Below, piece after piece: positions 7,768-17,008 of a DNA stretch of 64,000 nt. The stretch is from assembly GCA_902385225.1 (NCBI GenBank), contig CABMEU010000004.1, forward strand, positions 20,662 to 84,661, in the 5' to 3' direction. Both the position numbers and the translations under genes were made by a program. Under the pieces are notes generated by a model that was given only the letters and a program-made list of their open reading frames with translations, had not been told where the DNA came from and ran no database searches. The DNA is from an uncultured archaeon. GTDB lineage: Archaea; Iainarchaeota; Iainarchaeia; Iainarchaeales; JAAZKV01. Numbering within the stretch: the stretch's first letter is position 1; each line of letters starts with the position of its first letter.

Positions 7768-9297
7768 CTAGAGAAATGAGTTAACTTCCTCGTCTTTCTT
7801 TTCTTCGCCCAAAGCAAATGCCCTTGCGGAATCTTCTAGAGTTGTTTCGTGCCTGCTCGGCTGGGACTTTCTTAATCGCACTTTGAAGAAAGTTGGCGAG
7901 CCGACAGCTTCACCAACAACAATCGCTTCACCAACGCGGAGAGAGGATATTGCTCTCTCTGTGCTTGAATCAATTCCCTCGCAGGACTCCGCTATGTGCT
8001 TCAAATCATACGGGTTTGTTACACGCAAGATAATATTTGTGTTGCAATTCGCAAGAGTTGTAGTATCAAGGCGCTTTGGTCTTTGTGAAATAACAACAAG
8101 CGATGCCCCAAATTTTCTTCCTTCTCTAGCGATTGTTCTCAGCGACGAGCGTGCAACCGCGTGCTCCGCTGCTGTGCCCTCCGGGATAAAGTTATGCGCT
8201 TCCTCAACGAATAACGCAAAAGGAGGAATCTTCTTTGAGGGACTTCTTCGTTCATGGAAAAGCTTTCCTGACAAGTACGCCACAATCACCTGTTTTTTCT
8301 TTTCTGAAGTGAGGCTGTTTAAGTCAATTACCAAAAGCTGACCGGGCTTAACAAAATCAATTATGCCAGGCTCATCAATTTTACCGAATAAATTTAAATC
8401 CTCAAGCTCTGAAACTACGCCGTGTAAAGATGCCGCGGTTTTTTCATTATCAACATTCTCAATCTCCGCGCGCACGGCGTTTAAATCAAACGGACCCGCG
8501 CCTGAACGCATCTCGTCATTTAATTTGTGGAAGATTTTTGAGAGTTCTCTTCTTTGGTTTGGAGAGAGCTCCACAATTTGTGAAATCATTCCAATATGAA
8601 CCTTTGAGCACGCGATTCTGATTTTTGAGCCGTCAATTATCTTTGTTTTTGATGAAAAGTCTTGGAAGGTTTTAGATTCTGATTGCTTAATTGGCTCGCC
8701 AAAGCAAGTGTATTCCCCGTGCGTATCAATTACAACCACTCCTATTTGTCCCTGCTCTTTTTTTCTTGAAAGAAGCTCTTCTAATAGAACCGAAATAAAA
8801 TATGATTTACCCGCACCGCTTGTCGCAACAATCGCTAAATGTTTTTGGAGTAATCTTGAGAGATTTACTTTTAATTCAACATCATGAAACTGGAGGCGCC
8901 CGAGATTCAAACCATCAGTCTGCAAATTAAGGAATTTTTTTATTCTCTCATTATCAGCGAGGAATACTTTTGAACCTGGAGAAGGCGGGAAAGTTGTTCT
9001 TTGAATTCCATTTTCTGTGAAAACCCCCAAGGGTTTTGCTTTTGCGATTAAGAATTCCCACTCTGCCGCTGGAAAATTCTTTTCAAGCTCCGCGCCAATA
9101 ACCTTAACCGAATCGGGACGTTCAAAATACCTGTTCGTTTTAATTACATCCTCAACAAGAAGCATCATTGTTCCTTCGGAGTACTCAAGCTCCGCAAACA
9201 TCCCCTTATGCGCCTTACCCTCATTCACAACAAAATCAACGCTTGAAGGAGAAGGACCTTCCATTGAGGAAACTACTGTGCCTAGTTGTTCACGCAT
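7768..9297 (-). CDS. herA: HerA-type hexameric DNA helicase/translocase ATPase
   Basis: It has Walker A LAIVATSGAGKSYF, Walker B ALFVEEAHNFIP and VVISQRP, and is 509 aa. It sits in an operon with nurA. Confidence 0.85.
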   Translation of the reverse strand: MREQLGTVVSSMEGPSPSSVDFVVNEGKAHKGMFAELEYSEGTMMLLVEDVIKTNRYFERPDSVKVIGAELEKNFPAAEWEFLIAKAKPLGVFTENGIQRTTFPPSPGSKVFLADNERIKKFLNLQTDGLNLGRLQFHDVELKVNLSRLLQKHLAIVATSGAGKSYFISVLLEELLSRKKEQGQIGVVVIDTHGEYTCFGEPIKQSESKTFQDFSSKTKIIDGSKIRIACSKVHIGMISQIVELSPNQRRELSKIFHKLNDEMRSGAGPFDLNAVRAEIENVDNEKTAASLHGVVSELEDLNLFGKIDEPGIIDFVKPGQLLVIDLNSLTSEKKKQVIVAYLSGKLFHERRSPSKKIPPFALFVEEAHNFIPEGTAAEHAVARSSLRTIAREGRKFGASLVVISQRPKRLDTTTLANCNTNIILRVTNPYDLKHIAESCEGIDSSTERAISSLRVGEAIVVGEAVGSPTFFKVRLRKSQPSRHETTLEDSARAFALGEEKKDEEVNSFL

Positions 9298-9302
9298 GTT
9301 AA

Positions 9303-9515
9303 TTACCTTCGTGCCGGTTTTAGTGCTCTTGATTTTTTAATAGGACTACTTAGGCCAAGCTGCTGATGTGTCGCATTCCATTTAATTCTCCTCAATTTTT
9401 GATTTTCTTTCAGAGCATCAAGCACTCGTCTTGTTTTAGCCACAGCATCTTCAACTTTTACATTGGACGCATCAAGACGTTTCATTGCTTTCTCAGCATC
9501 AGATTCATTTCCCAT
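9303..9515 (-). CDS. Small coiled-coil protein (70 aa), hypothetical
   Basis: The ORF is wedged between the HAD gene (11-nt overlap) and herA (5-nt gap). It is helical and basic with no recognisable motif. Confidence 0.4.
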   Translation of the reverse strand: MGNESDAEKAMKRLDASNVKVEDAVAKTRRVLDALKENQKLRRIKWNATHQQLGLSSPIKKSRALKPARR

Positions 9516-10173
9516 TCAATTCACCAACCACTTTTTCTAATTCATCAAAAGATTTTATTGCAAACTCCGGAACTGCAATTGACTTATCTATCTTAGCGCC
9601 CGAACGATTTATTAGACAATTGTGCAGACCTGCATTCTGCGCACCCAAAATATCAGCGCGCAAAGAATCCCCTATCATTATTGCTTCCTCGGGTTTTACT
9701 TTGAGTTTTTTTAATATCCACAAAAAGCCCTTCTTATCCGGTTTTAGCGCTTTTGTTACAAAACTCGGGGCAAGAACATCCAAGTGATTTGAGAATTTTA
9801 AACGCGACTCAAGTCTTCCAAAACCAAAACTCTCGGTGTTTGAGAGCAAGCCAAGTTTAAGTCCGCCCTTTCTTAAAAGTGCGAGCGCGGGCAATACATC
9901 AGGAAAATAATGAATTGATTCCATTCTTTTGGTGTAAATATCATTCATTACCTGTGCGAGCTCCTTATTCCCGTGCTGGTTAAACTCCGTGAAAAAATCA
10001 TTCTGCATTTCCTCAAATGAATTATATCTCTTTAACTGCACAGCCTTCTCATATCTTATAACAAACTCTGTCTTCGTCAAGTGGTCATGCTTCGCAAGCC
10101 TCTTTACATGCTCAAAATTAATTGTCGCAGGAATGAGAGTATCCCATAAATCAAAAATTACTGCTTTAATCAT
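9505..10173 (-). CDS. HAD-superfamily hydrolase (subfamily IA type)
   Basis: Motif I is VIFDLWDTLI, motif II LLSNT, and motif III/IV K...GDSLRADILGA. Confidence 0.8.
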   Translation of the reverse strand: MIKAVIFDLWDTLIPATINFEHVKRLAKHDHLTKTEFVIRYEKAVQLKRYNSFEEMQNDFFTEFNQHGNKELAQVMNDIYTKRMESIHYFPDVLPALALLRKGGLKLGLLSNTESFGFGRLESRLKFSNHLDVLAPSFVTKALKPDKKGFLWILKKLKVKPEEAIMIGDSLRADILGAQNAGLHNCLINRSGAKIDKSIAVPEFAIKSFDELEKVVGELNGK

Positions 10174-10778
10174 TCAACTTCAACTCCCATTTTTTTCAAA
10201 TCTTTTAACAGTTGTTCAGCACCACCAAACTCAATTGTCTTCATTCCAAGACTTTGCGCAATAAAAAAATACTCGTTTCTATCATCAATAAAAACACACT
10301 CCTCCCCGTTAACTTTCGCCTGTTTGATTGCCAATTCAAAAATTTCCTTTTGCGGTTTGTGCATCCCCACAGCCGTAGACAAAATGCATGGATTAAACCC
10401 GTCAAACACTTTTCTTTTTTTGTTTAACTCTGCGTGAAAGTCCCATAAATTTGATATCAAACCGACTTCATAATTTTTCATTAATTTTTTTGCAATCAAA
10501 CACACAGCCTCATTTTTGTAAGTTGATTCTAAATAAGTTTTCTCCCAAATCGCCATTAGTTTCGGAACACTTTTCTTAATAGAATATTTCTTCTTTAGGC
10601 GCTTTACAATATCCTTAACCTTCATTTTTCCATCCCAAAGCTCCGTTTTGTGGTCTTTTCTTATTTGCATCAACTCTTCCAGCGGAACATTAAATGCGGC
10701 AGCCACTCTTTCCAGAACCTGCTCAATTTTGGCGGTAAGAATTACTCCGCCCATATCAAATAAAATACATTTAATCAT
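10170..10778 (-). CDS. HAD-superfamily hydrolase (subfamily IA type)
   Basis: Motif I is ILFDMGGVIL, followed by LISN, K... and FIDDRNEY. It has a 4-nt overlap with the next HAD gene. Confidence 0.8.
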   Translation of the reverse strand: MIKCILFDMGGVILTAKIEQVLERVAAAFNVPLEELMQIRKDHKTELWDGKMKVKDIVKRLKKKYSIKKSVPKLMAIWEKTYLESTYKNEAVCLIAKKLMKNYEVGLISNLWDFHAELNKKRKVFDGFNPCILSTAVGMHKPQKEIFELAIKQAKVNGEECVFIDDRNEYFFIAQSLGMKTIEFGGAEQLLKDLKKMGVEVE

Positions 10779-10782
10779 TTAT

Positions 10783-11862
10783 TCACCCAAACGGCCTATT
10801 TCCTCTTCTCATCCTGATTTTTGTCCCTAACCTGTCAACTAATCTCTCATACACAACGCTTATTTCCTGTTCGCTTAGGCCTGCTCTTAGGTCTGCCTCA
10901 ATTAAAATACTCGGAAAAGAATATTCTTTGTGCAATGAACTTAGGGAGAAGACGAGTGAGGAAATCTTTTCTGAAAGCTCTGCGAGGTCTTTTTGATTCT
11001 TGCAAACAAATTCCACTCGCAGGGGCTTATCATACTCGCTTGCTTTAAGATAGAAAACAAAAATGCTCTCGCTCCACTCCTTTGAATAATCTTTTAGTAT
11101 CGCATGACTCTCGGGCTGATTAGTATAAGGAAAAACAAATGTCCTCTCGCTTGGACGCAAATAATAATCCAAAATTGATGCGTCAAAGGCGCCGTTTAAT
11201 GAAGACGAGGAGATTTTTAATTTTGATTTTGGGAGAATCTCCTCTGCAAGGAGCTGGCGAAATCTTGTTCCCCTAGAATCCTCAACACACGCAACGAGCG
11301 TACAGGAATTTTCCTCCGCGGTTTTGTATAATTTTTGGAATGAGTGAATAATTGAAACGTAATCCTCATTAACTCCTGATTCCTTTCTCGGCTTGTCCTG
11401 GTACTGCGGAACAATTGAGCCATCAATGAACATAAACTCTGGCTTAAACTTTTTTATCATTTCAATTGCGCAAGAAACTTCTTTCTCCAAACGCAATAAG
11501 GAAATGCTTTGCTGTTCCTCATCCTTCTCAAGCCCAGCACGAAGAATCATCGGCTCGGGAAAAGAGAATGGCGCTGGATAATAAGTTGAGGAAATGAGCG
11601 AGCCATTCTCGCACTTAAATAATACCCCCGCGGTTTTCACTAAAACCAAATCAATAAAGGAAAGCTTCTTTGAAACAAATCCCGAGTCAACCCCCGCAAC
11701 GGAGCCAGTGAAATCAATTTTCTTTACAGGAACCACTATTTGGTCAAAATTATTCGGAGAAGAAGTGCCTCTAAGCGGAGCAAGGGACTCGGAGAGCCTA
11801 GAATTAAAGGAATGCGTGGCATTAACCGCACTAATTGCGCGCTCAAAAAACTCATTAAACAT
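10783..11862 (-). CDS. nurA: NurA 5'-3' nuclease
   Basis: It has the NurA-type acidic motifs VAGVDSGF and FMFIDGSIVPQ, is 359 aa, and heads the operon that contains herA. Confidence 0.75.
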   Translation of the reverse strand: MFNEFFERAISAVNATHSFNSRLSESLAPLRGTSSPNNFDQIVVPVKKIDFTGSVAGVDSGFVSKKLSFIDLVLVKTAGVLFKCENGSLISSTYYPAPFSFPEPMILRAGLEKDEEQQSISLLRLEKEVSCAIEMIKKFKPEFMFIDGSIVPQYQDKPRKESGVNEDYVSIIHSFQKLYKTAEENSCTLVACVEDSRGTRFRQLLAEEILPKSKLKISSSSLNGAFDASILDYYLRPSERTFVFPYTNQPESHAILKDYSKEWSESIFVFYLKASEYDKPLRVEFVCKNQKDLAELSEKISSLVFSLSSLHKEYSFPSILIEADLRAGLSEQEISVVYERLVDRLGTKIRMRRGNRPFG

Positions 11863-11975
11863 AAAGAACCAACGCTTCGGGGTTATTTAAAGATTCTTCA
11901 GGAGAAATGCCGGCTATTCGCCGGCAAAATAAGATGTCTGCCAAGAATTAAATACTTCTAAAGGATTATTCATTT

Positions 11976-12335
11976 ATGCGAAAAGTACGTCCTGCGCACA
12001 GGCCAAACGCTAGGTGGCTTCCGCGTGACCAAACCGCCGAAGGATTGGCTAAAAGAATCGCAAGAGAAAAGAAAACCTTGTGGGAGAGCAGAAAAGCCGC
12101 CGGGAACCCTATGCCAAAATATGGCCCAATAACGGCTGAGAAGGTTCTGCAAAACGCGCAACTAATGGCAAAGGAAAGAGGAATAAGTGTAGAACACCAG
12201 TTAGGCGAGTTTTGGAGAAGAATACAAACAGGGAATCGGTGGAGTACAGGTCTTGAGCTTGCAAGGGCTGAAAAGAGATTGAACACCCAAATCGCCAAAA
12301 GAAAACCCAAGAACCCGCAAATTGACACATACTAA
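11976..12335 (+). CDS. Hypothetical basic protein (119 aa)
   Basis: The plus-strand reading has balanced, helical, basic composition. The overlapping minus-strand ORFs (11966..12328 and others) are Cys/Phe/Leu-rich and look like antisense artefacts. Confidence 0.4.
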   Translation: MRKVRPAHRPNARWLPRDQTAEGLAKRIAREKKTLWESRKAAGNPMPKYGPITAEKVLQNAQLMAKERGISVEHQLGEFWRRIQTGNRWSTGLELARAEKRLNTQIAKRKPKNPQIDTY

Positions 12336-12441
12336 TTCAAATGGCGCCAGTTCGCCAACCAAAACACCAACATTTATTAACTTCATGGGCTTTGTATAGT
12401 TTGGAAAAAGTTCCAATATTTTCCGGATTATAGGTGTTTAT

Positions 12442-12510
12442 ATGACTGAGAATTTCAGCAGAAATTCGAAGGTTATAAAAACACAGCAAAGTGAAGGTGT
12501 TTTTATATGA
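12442..12510 (+). promoter_or_regulatory. Leader region: a 22-codon uORF whose TGA overlaps the downstream ATG, plus a 10-bp hairpin covering the downstream RBS
   Basis: The uORF ATG at 12442 follows AGGTG and reads MTENFSRNSKVIKTQQSEGVFI* with stop at 12508..12510 (ATATGA overlap with the ATG at 12507). ATAAAAACAC (12475..12484) is the exact reverse complement of GTGTTTTTAT (12497..12506), which includes part of the GAAGGTG RBS. Confidence 0.4.
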
Positions 12511-12848
12511 AAGCAAGATTTGAAGTAAGGACAATTAAGAGCTCATGGAAACCTCCATTCAAAAAAGATATTACTGATGAAACATACGAGGTAGAAGAGA
12601 ATCAGGAATTTGACCAGATAAGGGGAAATGGAAACGATGAGAAGGTTTACCAATTAATCAGAATAGCCGGCGATAGAGCGGTTGTAAAGTATTCCAGATT
12701 ATTTACTCTAAAAGTTCCAAATCCTGGCGACAAACAAATAGTAATGGATAAGGATAAGCCGATGGAAATGACCTATATGTGGGGAGAAGACGGCGTAACC
12801 AAAAAAATCACTTACAAGGGAATTGCGGAAAGCGCGCCAACACAATAA
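12507..12848 (+). CDS. Hypothetical protein (113 aa)
   Basis: The ORF has an AGGTG RBS 7 nt upstream and is followed by a GGGGCAAACGCCC hairpin. I recognise no motif. Confidence 0.45.
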   Translation: MKARFEVRTIKSSWKPPFKKDITDETYEVEENQEFDQIRGNGNDEKVYQLIRIAGDRAVVKYSRLFTLKVPNPGDKQIVMDKDKPMEMTYMWGEDGVTKKITYKGIAESAPTQ

Positions 12849-12946
12849 ACTAAATTCTTATTTTTGGGGCAAACGCCCTTAATTAATTTTTTTGCTTAAT
12901 AGCAGAGGCTAATGGGAAAACAATTAAATACTGCGAACCCAATAAT

Positions 12947-13294
12947 TTGAGCATGGTCATAAGAAGAACACTAATTAGAAAAACAGCAGGCAAAACTCCA
13001 ATAACCTCTAAAGCAATTATAACAAGACGCGCTTCTCAAAAAGCAGCATTATCTCCCGAAGTGGGAGCAGAGATTCGGCGGCTGAAAAAAGCAAAGCCGC
13101 ATGATTTGAGAATGGAATTTATGGCGCTAGCAAGGCGATTTGGAATGAAACCCGGGATGAACAAAGCGCTCGCAGAAGAAATATTTATTTTGAATGCGCA
13201 AGCACGAACAGACACATCCATAAAGATGACTTCAGAGCAAAGAACTAAACTAATAAATGCGATGCTGAAAATGAAACAGGCGATGGGCGCATAA
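12947..13294 (+). CDS. Hypothetical basic protein (115 aa)
   Basis: Non-overlapping ORF in a dense region. The track start is TTG and an ATG lies at 12953. No motif. Confidence 0.4.
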   Translation: MSMVIRRTLIRKTAGKTPITSKAIITRRASQKAALSPEVGAEIRRLKKAKPHDLRMEFMALARRFGMKPGMNKALAEEIFILNAQARTDTSIKMTSEQRTKLINAMLKMKQAMGA

Positions 13295-13356
13295 CAATAA
13301 CCTTTATTTGAAGCCCACAAATAGCCTTTAAAACAGTTGCATGAACACTAATTCAT

Positions 13357-13671
13357 ATGAAAAACAGCCATATCCCGCACAAATGCATGGAAGTGCTCGG
13401 GAATAAATTAAGAAACGAAATAATCTGCGCGCTGCAGGACAAACCCCTTACTGTACAGGAGCTCTGCACAAAACTCGGAAGAGAGCAAAGCCTTGTGAGC
13501 CATGCGCTAATGCAGCTGAGAGAATGCTCATTCGTTGACTATCGCAAAGACGGCAAAAAAAGCATTTACTATATCAAATCGGATATTTTCACAAAAAACA
13601 AGAACAAACCGCTCTTTGAAATATTTGAGGAGCACGCGAAGAAGTACTGCAAGAATCACAGAAGCGATTGA
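13357..13671 (+). CDS. ArsR/SmtB-family winged-HTH transcriptional regulator
   Basis: LGNKLRNEIICALQDKPLTVQELCTKLGREQSLVSHALMQLRECSFVDYRKDGKKSIYY is the typical ArsR HTH plus wing. It lies directly upstream of nifS/iscU. Confidence 0.75.
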   Translation: MKNSHIPHKCMEVLGNKLRNEIICALQDKPLTVQELCTKLGREQSLVSHALMQLRECSFVDYRKDGKKSIYYIKSDIFTKNKNKPLFEIFEEHAKKYCKNHRSD

Positions 13672-13718
13672 ATTTGTATTTGCAGAATTTTTGTTTAAGA
13701 AATTATATTGGTGGAAAA

Positions 13719-14921
13719 ATGAAGCAAATATATTTGGATTATTCCGCGACAACGCCTACGCGAAAAGAGGTTCTCGCGGAAGCACTGCCTTACTTTAACG
13801 AAAAATTCGGGAACCCGTCAAGCTTTCACTCCACAGGACTCGTTGCAAAAAAAGCAATGAGTGAAGCAAGAGCAAAAATCGCTGAAATACTTCACGCAGC
13901 ACCTGAGGAAGTTATTTTTACAGGCTCCGGAACCGAGAGCATAAACCTCGCGCTCAAAGGAATTGCTTTTTGCGCAATGCTTGAGGGAAAAAAAGGAGTG
14001 TTTATTACACAAAAAACCGAGCACCACGCGGTATTTGAAACACTAGAGTGGCTCGAGAAATTAGGATTTGAAGTAATTAATGCAAAAATTGATGAATTTG
14101 GAGTTATTGACCTCGCGGACCTTCGGGCGCTGCTTGAGGAGAACAAAGGAAATGTTCTGCTCGTTTCAATTATGTATGCGAACAATGAAATCGGGACAAT
14201 ACAGCCGATAAGAGAAATCGCTGACATCTGCCACGAATACGAAGTAATAATGCACACTGATGCATGCCAGGGGGCGGAATACTTAAATCTGAATACCGAA
14301 GATTTGGGTGTTGATATGATGACGCTAAACGGGAGCAAAGTATATGCATTCAAAGGAACAGGGCTTTTATTTAAAAAAAATAATGTAAAAATTGAGCCGC
14401 TCATACACGGCGGAGCGCACGAAGGAGGAATGAGAGCGGGAACTGAAAATGTTGCAGGAATTGTCGCATTCGCAAAAGCGCTTGAAATAGCTGAGAAAGA
14501 AAAGAAAAAAGAGAGCGCGAGATTATCGAAGCTTAGAGATTATATGATAAAAAAAATACAAAAAGAAATACCAAACACACTGCTCAACGGGGACGCAAAA
14601 AAGAGGCTGCCAAATAATGTCAATATCTCCTTTGAAGGGGTTGAGGGCGAAAGCATTTTGCTCAGATTAAACGAAAAAGGAATTCGCGTAAGCACAGGAA
14701 GCGCATGCTCCTCACAATCCCTAGACCCAAGCCATGTGCTGCTGGGAATTGGAAGACCGCACGGACTCGCGCACGGAAGCATAAGATTTTCCTTGGGGCA
14801 TGATACCACAAAAAAACAAATTGATTACACTATAAAAGAACTCAAAGGAATAATTAAATTTTTGAGGGAAATTTCCCCTGTATGGGAGAAAAATGATTGG
14901 AAGAGGAAAATAAAGAAATAA
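13719..14921 (+). CDS. nifS: Cysteine desulfurase (NifS/IscS class, PLP-dependent)
   Basis: The product begins MKQIYLDYSATTP and contains HTDACQG, LNGSKVYAFKG (PLP lysine) and the active-site loop STGSACSS. I place the start at the ATG at 13719 after GGTGG; the track ORF extends upstream to 13668. Confidence 0.9.
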   Translation: MKQIYLDYSATTPTRKEVLAEALPYFNEKFGNPSSFHSTGLVAKKAMSEARAKIAEILHAAPEEVIFTGSGTESINLALKGIAFCAMLEGKKGVFITQKTEHHAVFETLEWLEKLGFEVINAKIDEFGVIDLADLRALLEENKGNVLLVSIMYANNEIGTIQPIREIADICHEYEVIMHTDACQGAEYLNLNTEDLGVDMMTLNGSKVYAFKGTGLLFKKNNVKIEPLIHGGAHEGGMRAGTENVAGIVAFAKALEIAEKEKKKESARLSKLRDYMIKKIQKEIPNTLLNGDAKKRLPNNVNISFEGVEGESILLRLNEKGIRVSTGSACSSQSLDPSHVLLGIGRPHGLAHGSIRFSLGHDTTKKQIDYTIKELKGIIKFLREISPVWEKNDWKRKIKK

Positions 14922-14935
14922 AGGAGGGATTTGTG

Positions 14936-15400
14936 ATGAAAATGGAAGGCGGGGATTGGTTCTATACTGGCGCAGTGAAAGAGCACTTCATGAAACCCAA
15001 GAACTTTTACAAAAATGACAAAGAAGTGAAGAACTTTGACGGATATGGAAGAGTCGGAAATGTTAAATGCGGAGACCTAATGGAAATGTGGATAAAAATC
15101 AAGGATGACAAAATCAAGGATGTAAAATGGAAGACATTCGGATGCGCCTCTGCTATTGCCAGCACTTCTATGCTCTCTGTTATGTTAAAAGAAAAAGGCG
15201 GAATGAGACTAGAAAAAGCCCTCAAACTCACTGGAAAAGATATTATGGACAGACTCGGCGGATTACCTGCGATAAAAATACACTGCTCTGTCTTAGGGGA
15301 CCAGGCGCTAAGGGCGGCAATATATGATTACAAAATGAAAAGCGGAAGAACTGATTTGAAAGTTGATAAGCCGGCTGAATTTGATGAACACGCTCACTAA
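14936..15400 (+). CDS. iscU: IscU/NifU-type Fe-S cluster scaffold
   Basis: It has the three conserved cysteines in VKCGDLM, FGCASAIAS and IHCSVLG. AGGAGGG lies 7 nt upstream of the ATG at 14936. Confidence 0.85.
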   Translation: MKMEGGDWFYTGAVKEHFMKPKNFYKNDKEVKNFDGYGRVGNVKCGDLMEMWIKIKDDKIKDVKWKTFGCASAIASTSMLSVMLKEKGGMRLEKALKLTGKDIMDRLGGLPAIKIHCSVLGDQALRAAIYDYKMKSGRTDLKVDKPAEFDEHAH

Positions 15401-15456
15401 TTAAATAAACTGATTTTAGCCAACTCAAAACCTTTTTATTTTGAAGCAACTTACCT

Positions 15457-16560
15457 TTGAGAAGTGATTTGTTGAAGAAAATAATTTTACTTGCCTGCGT
15501 AGTGCTTACTATCACACTACTATTTGGATGCACGCAGAGCAAAACAACTGAAATTGGTTTTATTGGGATACTTACCGGCCAAGGCTCCGCGTGGGGAGAA
15601 GCCGCAAAGAACGGGGCAACACTCGCAGTTGAGGAAATTAATGCGAACGGCGGAGTGAACGGCAAACTACTCTCAATTGATTATCAGGATGATGAGGGAG
15701 AGGTGACAAAAACAATAACCGCTTTTAATTATTTAACAGAAACAAAGGGGGACAAAATAATAATCGGACCAACATGGTCAAACAACGGGCTGCCGCTAAT
15801 AAAACTAGCTGATGAAAAGAAAGTTCTTATGATATCTCCTTCTTTAGGAAAACCTGAATTTAACGAGGGAAGCAAATACTTATTCAATACCTGGCCGCAC
15901 GATGTGGCACTCTCAAGCGCGCTTGCGGATTATGTTTACGACAAAGGACATACACACGTTGCACTAATCGGAGCGGAAGAAGTTTGGGTGAAAGACCAAA
16001 CAAACGCATTTAGAAAAAGATTTACTGAACTTGGCGGAATAGTTGATGTGCTAATTGAACCAACCCCTGAACAAACTGAAGTCAGGGCAGAAGCAACAAA
16101 AATAAAAAACGCGAAGAACATTACAGCAATTGTTTCCGTTACTGACGGAGTTCTCGTTGGAGCGCTTGTTGCAAAGAAAACAAAAGAACTCGGAGTAGAA
16201 CTCCCAATTTATTCAGTTACAATTGATTCTGACGCAATAAAATCAGCTCAAGGGGCATACGAGGAAATGGAATTTTTAACATTCTTAACACCAACAGCAA
16301 AGTTTAAGGAAAAATATGAAAAAAGATTTGGGAGTATTGATGTCGGGGCGGACAGCGCGTATGACGCGGTAATGCTGCTTGCAGCGGCAATGCTAGAGAC
16401 AAAAAGCAGTGATAGTACTGTGCTTGCGGAGTACTTGCAAAATGTGAAAGAATACAACGGAACAAGCGGGCACTTAATCTCAGACGGAAACAGAGCATTT
16501 ACAAAACCCTTCTTAGCAAAAAAAGTATTAAATGGCGTTATGGTTGACCTCAACGCCTAA
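15457..16560 (+). CDS. Solute-binding lipoprotein, type-1 PBP (Leu/Ile/Val-binding family)
   Basis: The signal plus lipobox-like sequence is LLACVVLTITLLFGCTQ, followed by GILTGQGSAWGEAAKNGATLAVEEINANGGVNGK and further family-typical sequence. It is a paralogue of the truncated gene at 1..317. The likely start is TTG at 15472 after GAAGTGA. Confidence 0.8.
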   Translation: MRSDLLKKIILLACVVLTITLLFGCTQSKTTEIGFIGILTGQGSAWGEAAKNGATLAVEEINANGGVNGKLLSIDYQDDEGEVTKTITAFNYLTETKGDKIIIGPTWSNNGLPLIKLADEKKVLMISPSLGKPEFNEGSKYLFNTWPHDVALSSALADYVYDKGHTHVALIGAEEVWVKDQTNAFRKRFTELGGIVDVLIEPTPEQTEVRAEATKIKNAKNITAIVSVTDGVLVGALVAKKTKELGVELPIYSVTIDSDAIKSAQGAYEEMEFLTFLTPTAKFKEKYEKRFGSIDVGADSAYDAVMLLAAAMLETKSSDSTVLAEYLQNVKEYNGTSGHLISDGNRAFTKPFLAKKVLNGVMVDLNA

Positions 16561-16599
16561 AACCCCCACAGAAACTTTAAAACCACTTACACCCTCTAC

Positions 16600-16947
16600 T
16601 TGTTCATGGGACTAGTGCAATATATTATAGTGAATACTTCGCTTGGCATGGGAAAGGGAAAAATCGCGGCGCAATGCTCACACGCATCCGTTGCGGTTCT
16701 TGATAAAGTTGATGATTCTGATGTTAGCGAATGGAAAAGCGAGGGAATGAAAAAAGTTGTTCTCAAAGTTAAGAACACTGAAGAACTTGTTGAGTTATTT
16801 GAGAGAGCAAAGAAAACGCTTCCATGCGCGCTCATCACCGACGCGGGGCACACACAAATCGAACCCGGTTCAAAAACATGCTTTGGCTGCGGACCTGTTG
16901 ATGAAGATAAGGCGAACAAATACTTTAAGGACCTAAAACTACTCTAA
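16600..16947 (+). CDS. pth2: Peptidyl-tRNA hydrolase, archaeal/eukaryal type (Pth2)
   Basis: GMGKGKIAAQCSHASV...VLKVKNTEEL...ALITDAGHTQIEPGSKTCFGCGP is the Pth2 signature. 115 aa. Confidence 0.9.
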   Translation: MFMGLVQYIIVNTSLGMGKGKIAAQCSHASVAVLDKVDDSDVSEWKSEGMKKVVLKVKNTEELVELFERAKKTLPCALITDAGHTQIEPGSKTCFGCGPVDEDKANKYFKDLKLL

Positions 16948-17008
16948 TTGCTCTTGAGTGCTAAAACCCTAAGCAACACTTAAATAACCAAACAAATCTA
17001 ATTACTTT

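Noticed and set aside
11966-12328. Minus-strand ORFs (120, 73 and 63 aa) overlapping the 119-aa plus-strand ORF
   Set aside because: They are Cys/Phe/Leu-rich with no RBS, while the plus-strand reading has protein-like composition. Neither strand has a motif, so even the plus-strand call is of low confidence.
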